The notes beneath the pieces are model-generated. The model did no database searches. It had not been told where the DNA came from and saw only the letters and a program-made list of their open reading frames with translations. Both the position numbers and the translations under genes were made by a program. Positions 51,431-60,842 of a stretch of 64,000 nt of DNA are shown one piece after another (the first letter of the stretch is position 1; each line of letters opens with the position of its first letter). The stretch comes from an uncultured Methylomirabilota bacterium (GTDB lineage: Bacteria > Methylomirabilota > Methylomirabilia > Methylomirabilales > 2-02-FULL-66-22). Where the stretch lies: positions 2,208,001-2,272,000 of the forward strand of contig CAWJSJ010000002.1 in the NCBI GenBank assembly GCA_963845565.1. The letters run 5' to 3'.

Positions 51431-52384
51431 GTGGGTCTGTTCGCGAGGCTCCGTGAAGGCGGATGGTGGGCGGCCGGTGGGATCGCGGCGCTGGTCGGCG
51501 CGCTTCTGTGCACCCCGCCGGGGGTGGCTGGGGCGGCCGTTGTGGCCGACATGCTGGGGCGTCCCGTCTCGATTCCCGAACGACCGCTGCGCTTGGTGTC
51601 GCTGGCGCCGAGTATCACCGAGACCATCTTTGCCTTGGGGCGCGGCGAATGGTTGGTCGGGGTGACGGCGGTCTGCGATTTTCCGGCGGCGGCCCGGGCG
51701 CTCCCCAAAGTGGGCGGGATCGCCGCGCCGAACCTGGAGCAGATCGTCCGGTTGCGGCCGGATGTCGTGTTTGTGACGGCCGAGGGAAACGCCCGCGATC
51801 TGCTCGACCGGTTAGAGCGGCTGGGCCTGGCCACGTTCGCGCTGCGGGCTGACAATTACCGAGGCGTGGTCGAGTCCGTACGGGCCGTGGGTCGGGCCCT
51901 TGCGGCGGACGAGGGCGCCCGCCGCGTGGTGGACGAGGTCGAGCGCAGCGTTCGCGCGGTGCAGGAGGGAGTCGCCGGGCGGCCACGGCCCGGCGTGCTC
52001 TATCTGATCTGGACCGATCCGTTGATCGCCGCCGGCGCCGCCACGTACCTGGACGACCTGCTAGGGTTGGCGGGCGGCCGGAACGTCGTATGGGAGCGGA
52101 CCGGCTCGTATCCGCGACTGAACTGGGAGCAGGTGGTCGGCCGCGCCCCGGAGGTGATCCTGCTGGCTGACCATCGCGAGGACAGCGAGCGCGCCGGGAC
52201 CGGGAGCGGCGACATGCCGGCGGACTGGTATGCATGGCGTGCGGTTCCCGCGATTCGCACGGGGCGCGTCCTGACCGTTCCGAGCAATACGATCCTGCGG
52301 CCCGGGCCGCGGGTCGGGGACGGCCTCGACCGGCTTGCCCGGGCCATCCACCCCGAGGCCTTCGGCCGGCGGGAGATGAAATGA
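51431..52384 (+). CDS. btuF: Cobalamin ABC substrate-binding protein
   Basis: RLVSLAPSITE, PNLEQIV, LAGGRNV, RPGPR; downstream of a B12 riboswitch; start uncertain. Confidence 0.85.
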   Translation: MGLFARLREGGWWAAGGIAALVGALLCTPPGVAGAAVVADMLGRPVSIPERPLRLVSLAPSITETIFALGRGEWLVGVTAVCDFPAAARALPKVGGIAAPNLEQIVRLRPDVVFVTAEGNARDLLDRLERLGLATFALRADNYRGVVESVRAVGRALAADEGARRVVDEVERSVRAVQEGVAGRPRPGVLYLIWTDPLIAAGAATYLDDLLGLAGGRNVVWERTGSYPRLNWEQVVGRAPEVILLADHREDSERAGTGSGDMPADWYAWRAVPAIRTGRVLTVPSNTILRPGPRVGDGLDRLARAIHPEAFGRREMK

Positions 52385-53418
52385 GTCTCCGGACACCGGC
52401 TCGCAGCACCGGTCTGTCGCCCGCCGTGGTCTCGGCGTGGCTGACCGTCGTCCTGGGGGTCAGCCTGCTGCTGTCCGTGATGGTCGGGAGTGTCCCTCTC
52501 GCACCGCAGGAGGTGATCCGCGCTCTCCTGGAGGGTCAATCCCAGGACCCGGCAGCGACCATCGTGCGGCAGATCCGGCTGCCGCGGACGCTGCTGGCCG
52601 GGATCGTGGGAGCCTGCCTGTCCTTGGCCGGTCTGGCATTCCAGGCGATTTCCCGCAATCCACTGGCCGACCCGTCGGTGCTGGGGGTCAGCAGCGGGGC
52701 GTCCTTCGGCCTCCTGGTCGCGGTGCTGCTGGGGATCGCGGGGCCGACGGCCAACCCCCTGGCGACGACGCTGTTCGCGTTCGGGGGTGCGCTCCTGGCG
52801 GCGATCCTGGTGTACGTCATTGCCCAGGTGGACGGTCGCCTGCCCATGGCGACTCTCCTGCTCTCCGGCGTGATCATCGGCCTGTTCTTTACCTCCTGCG
52901 TCATGCTGGCGACCGTCGTGCTGGCGGCGGGGGAGTTGCAGGGTGTGGTCTTCTGGTTGATGGGCAACCTGGCGCCGGCCAGCACGGGAACGCTGGCGGT
53001 GTTGAGCGCGGTCCTGGTCGTCGGCATCCTGGTGTTCATCCGGCAGGCGCCGCGGTTGAACCTCTTGGCCCTGGGGGAGGAGCAGGCGCTCCAGTTGGGT
53101 GTCGAGGCAGAGCGGGTGAAACGCATCGTGTTCGTGATGGCCTCGCTCGTCACCGGTGCGGCGATCTCGGCGGCGGGCTCGATCGGGTTCGTGGGTCTGA
53201 TCGTGCCGCACGCCGCACGCCTGCTCCTGGGGCCGGATAACCGGGCGCTGGTTCCGACGAGCGCTCTACTGGGTGCGAGTTTTCTGATCCTGGCGGATCT
53301 CGGTGCGCGGACGGTCGCCGGGGCCACGGAGCTGCCGGTGGGTGTGATCACGTCTTTCTGCGGGGCGCCGCTGTTCGTGTACCTCTTGCGGCGTCGGCGG
53401 GGGTCGGACGCATGGTGA
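52381..53418 (+). CDS. btuC: Cobalamin/FecCD family ABC permease
   Basis: IRLPR, RNPLADP..LGVSSGA, IGFVGLIVPH, ELPVG. Confidence 0.88.
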   Translation: MSLRTPARSTGLSPAVVSAWLTVVLGVSLLLSVMVGSVPLAPQEVIRALLEGQSQDPAATIVRQIRLPRTLLAGIVGACLSLAGLAFQAISRNPLADPSVLGVSSGASFGLLVAVLLGIAGPTANPLATTLFAFGGALLAAILVYVIAQVDGRLPMATLLLSGVIIGLFFTSCVMLATVVLAAGELQGVVFWLMGNLAPASTGTLAVLSAVLVVGILVFIRQAPRLNLLALGEEQALQLGVEAERVKRIVFVMASLVTGAAISAAGSIGFVGLIVPHAARLLLGPDNRALVPTSALLGASFLILADLGARTVAGATELPVGVITSFCGAPLFVYLLRRRRGSDAW

Positions 53419-54233
53419 GTGCGGTGGAGGTCCGGGACGTGACGTTCCGGTACCGGTCCGGACAGGGACTGGTCGGCGTGTCGTTCCGCGTGGCCCGGGG
53501 GGAGCGGGTGGGCATCGTCGGGCCCAACACCGCCGGCAAGAGTACCCTCCTCCGGCTGCTCAGCAAGGTGCTGAGCCCGGAGCGCGGCGCCGTGCTCATC
53601 CACGGCCGGGACGTGGCCACGGTGGGCCGGCTGGCTCTGGCACGCGAGGTGGCCGTCGTCCCCCAGGATTTCCAGGTGGCGTTTCCGTTCCGCGTGAGCG
53701 AGGTGGTGTTGATGGGCCGCTACCCACACACGGCGGGCGGGGCCTGGAGCGCGCGGGACCACGACGTGGCGCGGATGGCCATGGAGACGGCGGGCATCGC
53801 GGCGCTGGCGGACCGGCGGGTGGATGAGTTGTCGGGCGGCGAGCGACAGCTCGTCTCCCTGGCGCGGGCCCTGTCCCAGGAACCGTCGCTGCTCCTGCTG
53901 GACGAGCCGACCGCACACCTGGACCTTCGGCATCAACGCGAGATGGTGGAGACGGTATTCGCCGCCCCGACCGATCGGGGGCGGACGACCATTCTGGTGT
54001 CCCACGACCTCAACCTGGCGGCCGAGCATTGCGACCGTCTGCTGCTGCTGGCGGACGGCACGGTGCAGGCCTATGGCACTCCCAAGGAGGTGATGACGCC
54101 ACATCAGCTGGACCGGGCGTACGGCTGCGCCGTGGAGATCGAGGTGGATCCGACCTCGGACCGGCCGCGGCTCCGAAGCGGCCTGACGCGCCCGGACGCC
54201 GTATCTCGAGAATCGCACGACCCTCGGATGTAA
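53412..54233 (+). CDS. btuD: Cobalamin ABC ATP-binding protein
   Basis: GPNTAGKS, LSGGERQ, LLLDEPT, SHDLNLA. Confidence 0.88.
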   Translation: MVSAVEVRDVTFRYRSGQGLVGVSFRVARGERVGIVGPNTAGKSTLLRLLSKVLSPERGAVLIHGRDVATVGRLALAREVAVVPQDFQVAFPFRVSEVVLMGRYPHTAGGAWSARDHDVARMAMETAGIAALADRRVDELSGGERQLVSLARALSQEPSLLLLDEPTAHLDLRHQREMVETVFAAPTDRGRTTILVSHDLNLAAEHCDRLLLLADGTVQAYGTPKEVMTPHQLDRAYGCAVEIEVDPTSDRPRLRSGLTRPDAVSRESHDPRM

Positions 54234-54491
54234 GGGAAGCTGGTCGCCCTCGGCCCGGACATCGGGCCGGTTGCAGGGAATCCAGCACGGTCCCGCCACT
54301 GTGAGTGGGGAGCGACCCCGCGGTAGGCCACTGTCTCGAACGGACGGCGACGAGGCAATTTGGCAACGGGGCGATTCGGGAAGGCCTTTTCGGCACTTCC
54401 CAATTGCCGAATTGCCGAATCGCCAAGGCGCCGTGCCCGGGATGGGAAGGCGCGGGGAAGCGAGGATCCACAAGTCAGGAGACCTATCCGA
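54224..54491 (+). ncRNA. Cobalamin riboswitch 2 (overlaps the btuD stop; carries two insertions)
   Basis: TAAGGGAAGCTGGT...AATCCAGCACGGTCCCGCCACTGT...GCCACTG...GGGAAGG...AGTCAGGAGACCT. Confidence 0.88.
54346..54424. repeat. Octamer tandem-repeat hairpin inside riboswitch 2
   Basis: ggcgacga ggcaattt ggcaacgg ggcgattc ... caattgcc gaattgcc gaatcgcc. Confidence 0.85.
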
Positions 54492-54536
54492 CGGGTCACG
54501 GCCTCCCAACCTCGCGGAAAAGGAGTGTGGCCAATC

Positions 54537-56618
54537 ATGTCTCGCATGTCGTGTTGGATGTCCCGCGATCTTGTCATCTATGCGTGTATGGTCCTGAGCC
54601 TGGTCATGACGGTCACCCCCGTCGGAATCGTCTCGGCGCAAGAGCGCCCGTCGTCGGAGTCCGAGCTGACCTTGGAGCCCGTGGTGGTGAACGCGGCGCG
54701 ACTGGCCGACGATCTTCAGGAGATCCGCCGGGTCCCCAGTCAAGTGTATATGGTGACGTCCGAAGACATTGCGCGCACCAAGCCGGGCACGGTCCAGGAA
54801 GCGCTCGGCAAGGTGCCGGGAATCGTGTTCTACGATCAAACGGGCAACCCGTTCCAGCGGACGATAGACCTGCGCGGCTTCAATGCGCAGCCGAACCCCA
54901 GCGTGTCGGTGTTCGTGGACGGTGTCCGGGTGAACGAACCCGACAGCAACGCGGTCAACTGGGACCTGATCCCGATCCAGGACGTGGAGCGCATCGAGGT
55001 CCTGCCGGGCCCCTCGGCCGTCTACGGCCAGAACGCCCTGAGCGGGGTCATCAACATCATTACCAAACGAGGGACGACGAGTCCGCAGACGACGATCACC
55101 GCGATGGCCGGCAGCTACGGCCAGTATCGGGTGTCGGCCAGCACCAGCGGCCCGCTGCCGAAGGGCTTCAACTATTCCTTCAACCTCGGGCTCGACCGAG
55201 GAAGCGCAGACCGCGATTACTCCGACAGCCGGGTATCGAATTTCGCGGGCCGGCTGGGGTATCGTCCAACGGACGACACCGACCTCGGCCTCGCCTACAG
55301 CTACGTCAACAGCCGTCTGGAGCAGCCGGGCGTTCTCACCCTCTCGGAGCTCGCGCAGAATCGCCAACAAAGCGTCACCCAAGGGCTGTCGACGAACGAG
55401 CTTTCCACGGTAATCCTCCAAGGAAAACAGCGCCTCGGCTCGGGATTCTCTCTGGCTGGCAATGTCGCGTATCGGCAGACCTTGCAGGACCAGAACAATG
55501 TCGGGAGATTCAGCACCGCCCGCTTGACCACCGAGACGAACACCACCAGCGGCGTCCTCCAGCTCTCGCACGAGGGGCGATTCTGGGATCGGCAGAGCCG
55601 ATTCTCCTTGGGGGGGGAATTCCAGTACAGCACAGTGAACCCCGTGGGGAGTGGAGACTTCGGCGGCTTTCCCTTCTCGAGCCGACAGTCGATCGACGAG
55701 AGTGTCTTCGGGGTCTTTGCACAAGAGAGCTTCGATCTCACCTCTCAGGTGAACCTGACCGCGGCGGTCCGGTACGACTCGGCCAATATTCGCTTCGAGG
55801 ACCAGATCGATCCGGCCAATAGCGGCTCCAACTGGTACGGCGAAGTCACGCCCCGGGTGGGGCTCACCTACACGCCGTGGTCGCCCCTGACCCTCTACGC
55901 GAACTACGGTCAGGGGTTTCAGATCCCGACGACGAACGAGCTGTTCTCGCTGGGTCCGTTCGGATCGAATCCGGACCTGAAGCCGGTCAAGAGCCAGACC
56001 TTCGAACTCGGATTGCGGGCGCGCCCGGCGGCTTGGCTGGATACCACGCTGGCCGTGTTTCGAACCGACGTGACCGACCAGATCTTCTTCGTGGTGACCG
56101 ATCCGGCCACATTCTCGGGGAGAAACGAAAACGCGCCGAAGACTCGCATCACGGGCGCCGAGATCGGGGTCAAAATTCGCCCAACCGACTGGGTGGATCT
56201 TCTCGTGAATTACACCTACACGAAATCGCAGTTCCAGGATACCTTCACCCTCTTCTCGGGGACGGTCCAGAAGGGGGACAGGGTTCCGCTGGTCCCGTTG
56301 AGCCGGGTGAACGGCACGGTGAACGTCCGTCCGATATCGGGCCTGGAGATCGGCGTGACCGGGCAGTACGTCAGCCAGCAGGTCCTGCTGAACGATGAGC
56401 CGAACCAATCGACCTACCGACTTCAGGACGCCTTTCTCCTCAGCGCGCAGGCGTCCTACACCTGGAACCGGCTCCGGTTCTTCCTGCAGGGCAACAACCT
56501 GACAAACAATCCCTACGAAACGTACGGCATTGTCTCGGGTCCCACCGTGTACTTAATGCCCGCTCCCGGCATCAATTGCATGGGCGGGGTGTCCATTCGT
56601 TTCGAGGATTACTACTGA
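54537..56618 (+). CDS. TonB-dependent receptor (probable BtuB)
   Basis: AAGGAG RBS, signal peptide, TonB box EPVVVNA, plug motif IERIEVLPGPSAVYG..ALSGVINI, beta-barrel, NPDLKP. Confidence 0.9.
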   Translation: MSRMSCWMSRDLVIYACMVLSLVMTVTPVGIVSAQERPSSESELTLEPVVVNAARLADDLQEIRRVPSQVYMVTSEDIARTKPGTVQEALGKVPGIVFYDQTGNPFQRTIDLRGFNAQPNPSVSVFVDGVRVNEPDSNAVNWDLIPIQDVERIEVLPGPSAVYGQNALSGVINIITKRGTTSPQTTITAMAGSYGQYRVSASTSGPLPKGFNYSFNLGLDRGSADRDYSDSRVSNFAGRLGYRPTDDTDLGLAYSYVNSRLEQPGVLTLSELAQNRQQSVTQGLSTNELSTVILQGKQRLGSGFSLAGNVAYRQTLQDQNNVGRFSTARLTTETNTTSGVLQLSHEGRFWDRQSRFSLGGEFQYSTVNPVGSGDFGGFPFSSRQSIDESVFGVFAQESFDLTSQVNLTAAVRYDSANIRFEDQIDPANSGSNWYGEVTPRVGLTYTPWSPLTLYANYGQGFQIPTTNELFSLGPFGSNPDLKPVKSQTFELGLRARPAAWLDTTLAVFRTDVTDQIFFVVTDPATFSGRNENAPKTRITGAEIGVKIRPTDWVDLLVNYTYTKSQFQDTFTLFSGTVQKGDRVPLVPLSRVNGTVNVRPISGLEIGVTGQYVSQQVLLNDEPNQSTYRLQDAFLLSAQASYTWNRLRFFLQGNNLTNNPYETYGIVSGPTVYLMPAPGINCMGGVSIRFEDYY

Positions 56619-56644
56619 TCGGCGAACGATTCCGAGGACGGAAC

Positions 56645-57628
56645 GTGAGACGCCTGGTGCAACAAGAGGGGCGGCGGTCGGCTTGGCAGCGGGGGGGATG
56701 GACGGCGACGTCTTGCCTGTTCCACGTGACGCTGCTCGGCGCTCTCGTGCTGTTCCGGCCGGCCGCCGAGACCGCGCGGACGCCCCTGCGGGTTCGGTTG
56801 TTGGCGGAGCCGATACAAGTCAGCCCGGTGGCCGCACCGGCCCCGCCGCCGGCGAAGTCGGTCCCCGCCGTCCGCCGGACCGCTCAACGGCCCGCTCCGG
56901 TACGAGAAGCCCCCACCCAGGTGGTCGTTTCAGGGGAGGCGGTCGGTGAGCCGGCCCTGCCGGCGCTCGTCCAGACCCAGGCCGCAATGCCGTTCGCGCC
57001 CGCCCCGGCTCCCGAACCGAGCCCCGCCCGAGGCGTAGGCGAGGACGGGGGGGCGCGTCATCCCTCCGAAGGGGAAGGCAGGCCGAGCGGCGGTGGGAAT
57101 ACCCGCCCGGGTCCGGGTGAGGAAGGCGCTCTCCCGACGCAGCAGGCGACCGAGCAACCCGCGGGCCTCTTCCTCGTATCCGGGGGAGGCAATAGGACGG
57201 GCGGGGCCGGCTTGGGCGCCGCAGAGGGCCATGGCGCCGGCGGCAACGCCACCGGGACCGAACGCGGCGGTTCAGGCGGCGGCAACGGCACCGCAGCGGG
57301 CCACGGCGCCGGCGGGTTGGCGGGTCTCGGAGGGCGCGGCGGCAGCGGCGCCGGAACCGGGGTCGCACACTTGCTGGGGGCTATCCGACGTCAGATCGAG
57401 CAGGCGAAGGTCTATCCGGATCGAATGCGCCGAGAGGGGATACAGGGAACCGTGGAGCTCAAGTTCCGCATCGCGAGCGACGGTTCGGTGGAGGCGATCG
57501 AGGTGGCCCGCTCCTCCGGGCATCGCGTGCTGGATGAGGTGTCGGCGCAGACCATCCGCCGTGCGGGTCCCTACCCCTTCATCGCCGGATGGATCCGGAT
57601 CCCTCTCGAGTACCGGCTGGATCGCTAG
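56645..57628 (+). CDS. tonB: Energy transducer TonB
   Basis: TM segment with SxxxH (SCLFH), Pro- and Gly-rich linker, C-terminal YP..MRREGIQGTV...SSG..LD. Confidence 0.82.
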   Translation: MRRLVQQEGRRSAWQRGGWTATSCLFHVTLLGALVLFRPAAETARTPLRVRLLAEPIQVSPVAAPAPPPAKSVPAVRRTAQRPAPVREAPTQVVVSGEAVGEPALPALVQTQAAMPFAPAPAPEPSPARGVGEDGGARHPSEGEGRPSGGGNTRPGPGEEGALPTQQATEQPAGLFLVSGGGNRTGGAGLGAAEGHGAGGNATGTERGGSGGGNGTAAGHGAGGLAGLGGRGGSGAGTGVAHLLGAIRRQIEQAKVYPDRMRREGIQGTVELKFRIASDGSVEAIEVARSSGHRVLDEVSAQTIRRAGPYPFIAGWIRIPLEYRLDR

Positions 57629-57647
57629 CCGACGAGGATCAGTCACG

Positions 57648-58673
57648 ATGGGTGAGGACGGGACGATGTCCGATCCGATACACGCGCCCCTCGGTCGTCC
57701 CCCCGGGGCCGGAGCGCCGCTCCTCCCGGGGACCGAGATGTTCATCAATCGCCTGCGGAAGAACCTCCGGCACCTGGGAAAGTGGGCGCGGCGGGAGGGG
57801 GTGACCTGCTACCGGGTGTACGACGGGGACCTGCCGGAGTACGCGCTGGCCGTGGATCTCTACGAGGGCTGGGCGCACGTCCAGGAGTACGCGGCGCCGG
57901 CGACGGTGGACCCTGCCGTGGCTCAGGCGCGGCTCCGGGCCGGGATGTCGGTCATCCCGGACGCGCTCGGCATTCCCGCAGACCGCGTGGTCCTCAAGGT
58001 CCGTCGCCGTCAGAAAGGTCTCGCGCAGTACGAGCGGCTGGCGACCACGGGCCGGTTCCGCGAAGTCCACGAGGGCGGGCTCCGCTTCCTGGTGAACCTC
58101 ACCGACTACCTGGATACCGGCCTGTTCCTGGATCACCGGCCCACCCGCGCCTTGATCCGGGGGCTCGCTCCGGGCGGTCGCTTCCTCAACCTGTTCGCGT
58201 ACACCGGGACTGCCAGCGTGTACGCCGCGGCGGGCGGGGCCGCCTCGACGACCACCGTGGACATGTCCGCCGTCTACCTCGACTGGGCGCGACGCAACAT
58301 GGGGCTGAACGGGTTTGCCGAGGGACGGGTGCACCGTTTCGTGCGGGCGGACTGCCTGGCGTGGCTCGCGACGCCGCACCCCGAGCGGTATCACGTGATC
58401 TTCCTGGATCCGCCGACCTTTTCCAATTCGAAGCGTATGGGCGAAAGCACCTTCGAGGTGCAGCGCGACCACGTGGCCCTGATCAACGCTGCCGCCAGGT
58501 TGCTCGCCCGCGACGGCGTCTTGCTCTTCTCCAACAACTTCCGCCATTTCAAGATGTACCACACCGCGCTGCCGGAACTCGCCGCGGAAGACATCTCCCG
58601 CGCGACGCTCCCCTTGGACTTTCACCGCAACCCCAAGATCCACACCTGCTGGAGAATCACCCGACGGTCCTGA
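57648..58673 (+). CDS. Stand-alone RlmK-like 23S rRNA m7G2069 methyltransferase
   Basis: FINRLRKN, YRVYDGDLPEY, YLDTGLFLDHR, LNLFAYTG, FLDPPTFSNSK (C-terminal half of RlmKL). Confidence 0.88.
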   Translation: MGEDGTMSDPIHAPLGRPPGAGAPLLPGTEMFINRLRKNLRHLGKWARREGVTCYRVYDGDLPEYALAVDLYEGWAHVQEYAAPATVDPAVAQARLRAGMSVIPDALGIPADRVVLKVRRRQKGLAQYERLATTGRFREVHEGGLRFLVNLTDYLDTGLFLDHRPTRALIRGLAPGGRFLNLFAYTGTASVYAAAGGAASTTTVDMSAVYLDWARRNMGLNGFAEGRVHRFVRADCLAWLATPHPERYHVIFLDPPTFSNSKRMGESTFEVQRDHVALINAAARLLARDGVLLFSNNFRHFKMYHTALPELAAEDISRATLPLDFHRNPKIHTCWRITRRS

Positions 58674-58688
58674 GTGCGGAATCCGGAT

Positions 58689-59636
58689 TCAGGAACGAGA
58701 CGGAGTCTTGCGGGCGGCGGGGCCTCTCGTGGGGGCGGTGCGGAACAGGGCCCGCGCGGCGCGGATGGTGTTGCAGTGCGCCTCCACCGTGTCGTCGAGG
58801 TCCCGGCCGTAGCCTCCGCCCAGCGTGATCGCGACGGGGACGGCCGCGTCCCGACAGGCGCGCAGGACCAGCTCGTCGCGGCGGCGGAGACCCCGATGGG
58901 TGAGACGGAGACGGCCCAGGCGGTCACCCTCGTGCGGATCGGCGCCGGCCAGGTAGAAGACGAGACCGGGCCGGAACTCGGCGAGGAGCCGGGAGACCGC
59001 CGGCTCCAGCGCGCCGAGATAGTCGGCGTCCCCGGTGCCGTCCGGCAGGGCGATGTCCAGAGTGCCCGGGACCTTGCGGAACGGGTAGTTGTGGTCGCCA
59101 TGGATGGAGAAGGTGAAGACGTCGGGCTCGTTCGCGAAGATGGCCGCGGTCCCGTTCCCCTGGTGGACGTCGCAATCGACGACGGCCATGCGCTGCACCC
59201 AGGCGTCGTGCTGCAGGGTCCGAATGGCGATCGCGATGTCGTTCAGGACACAGTACCCCTCACCACGATCGGGAAACGCGTGGTGCGTTCCGCCCGCGAG
59301 GTTGGCGGCCACGGCCTCACGGATGGCAATCCGGGCGGCACTGAGCGTTCCCTGCACCGAGGCCCGCGACCGCCGAACGAGCGATTCGGACCAGGGTAGC
59401 CCCAAGCGCCGGATGGCGGCGGCGGGGAGGGTCCCGCGGCGCAACTGCTCCCAGTAGTCCTTGGCGTGGACCCGACAGATGTCCCGGGGGTCGGCCAACG
59501 TCGGTTCCAGGAGCTCGTCGGCACGAAGCGTCCCCTCGGTCAGGAGTCGCTCGCGGATCCGGCGGTACTTCTGGATGGGAAAGCGGTGATTCGCGGGAAG
59601 GTCGATGACGTAGTGATCGGAGTAGAAGGCATACAT
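58689..59636 (-). CDS. Histone deacetylase family protein
   Basis: HRFP, GGTHHA, GYCVLND, DCDVHQGNGT, AGAD, GGGY. Confidence 0.93.
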   Translation of the reverse strand: MYAFYSDHYVIDLPANHRFPIQKYRRIRERLLTEGTLRADELLEPTLADPRDICRVHAKDYWEQLRRGTLPAAAIRRLGLPWSESLVRRSRASVQGTLSAARIAIREAVAANLAGGTHHAFPDRGEGYCVLNDIAIAIRTLQHDAWVQRMAVVDCDVHQGNGTAAIFANEPDVFTFSIHGDHNYPFRKVPGTLDIALPDGTGDADYLGALEPAVSRLLAEFRPGLVFYLAGADPHEGDRLGRLRLTHRGLRRRDELVLRACRDAAVPVAITLGGGYGRDLDDTVEAHCNTIRAARALFRTAPTRGPAARKTPSRS

Positions 59637-59646
59637 GTGGATGCGC

Positions 59647-59736
59647 GTTCGACGGTTCGGCGGTTCGAATGTTCGGTCGTTCAATGGTTCGAAGTCCGAC
59701 GCACAGCTGAACCGTCGAACCGCCGAACCGTCGAAC
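59647..59736. repeat. Octamer tandem-repeat hairpin (GTTCG / CGAAC core)
   Basis: gttcgacg gttcggcg gttcgaat gttcggtc gttcaatg gttcgaag ... cgtcgaac cgccgaac cgtcgaac. Confidence 0.9.
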
Positions 59737-59740
59737 GGTC

Positions 59741-60574
59741 TTACTCCACGAACTCCGGTTCAATCGGCAGTGGGAGGATTCCTCGTTCGTGACCGCGCCG
59801 GAGGAGGAGTCGGACGGCCTGGCGTCCCGGCTCGCCGTAATCCAGGGTCCAGTGGTTGACGTACATGCCGACGAATCGGTCGGCGAGCGACGCGTCCAGG
59901 TCGCGCCCGTACTGCATGGCGTGTGAGAGAGCGTCCGTGCGGTGGGCGAGGCCGTACTGGATGCTCTCACGCAGCAGGCGAGACACCCGCCGCATCAGGG
60001 CTGGGCCCAGATCCTTCCGAATGACGTTTCCACCCAGCGGCAGAGGCAATCCCGTCTCCCCCTTCCACCATTCCCCCAGGTCCACGACCTTGTGGAGGCC
60101 CTGATTCTGGTACGTGACCTGGCCTTCGTGGATGATGAGTCCTGCGTCCACGCGGTTCGCGAGCACGGCATCCGGGATCTGGTCAAAGGGAACCACGGTC
60201 TGGTCCAGACCGGGACACCAGAGATCCAACGCCAACACGGCCGTCGTGAGTCTGCCGGGGACGGCGATCCGTTTTCCGCGGAGCGCCTCGGGCGAGAGCG
60301 GCGCCCGCGCCACGATCATGGGACCGTAGCCATCGCCCATGCTGGCGCCGTGCGGCAGCAATGCATAGCGATCGGCCAGGTACGCGTAGGCGTGGAACGA
60401 AACGGCAGTCACCTCGTACTCGCCCCGGAAGGCCCGCTCGTTGAGGGTCTGGATGTCCTGCAGGACGTGGACAAACTCCAGATCCGGGTCCCCGACCTTC
60501 CCCTGGGCCAGGGCATAGAACATGAACGCGTCATCTGCGTCCGGGCTGTGGGCGACCGTGATACGCTGCGGCAT
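59741..60574 (-). CDS. mqnD: 1,4-dihydroxy-6-naphthoate synthase (futalosine menaquinone pathway)
   Basis: [43 protein letters not shown]. Confidence 0.9.
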   Translation of the reverse strand: MPQRITVAHSPDADDAFMFYALAQGKVGDPDLEFVHVLQDIQTLNERAFRGEYEVTAVSFHAYAYLADRYALLPHGASMGDGYGPMIVARAPLSPEALRGKRIAVPGRLTTAVLALDLWCPGLDQTVVPFDQIPDAVLANRVDAGLIIHEGQVTYQNQGLHKVVDLGEWWKGETGLPLPLGGNVIRKDLGPALMRRVSRLLRESIQYGLAHRTDALSHAMQYGRDLDASLADRFVGMYVNHWTLDYGEPGRQAVRLLLRRGHERGILPLPIEPEFVE

Positions 60575-60842
60575 GCGACTCCCCGTGACGTTGTGGCGCC
60601 TGGCGACCCGAGATATGGAAAACGGCGCGGACACCATACGGGGACGGGCGAACGGTGTCAAGCGCGTTCCACGTGCGCTTGCGGAGGTATGGTGGCCCGA
60701 AGGATTGCGGAGAAATACACCCGCGGCGCTTGACAGTCGCCCGCGGCACCCGATAGGCTAGCCCTTGCCTCGCGCCGCCTGGTCCCGGTCCTGCCGGGCG
60801 GTATGGGGGGTGCCACCCTGTTGTCATCACAAGGAGTGTGAC

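Noticed and set aside
52536..56408. 1290-aa minus-strand ORF
   Set aside because: Antisense shadow of btuCD and the TonB-dependent receptor; crosses a riboswitch and has no recognisable domain.
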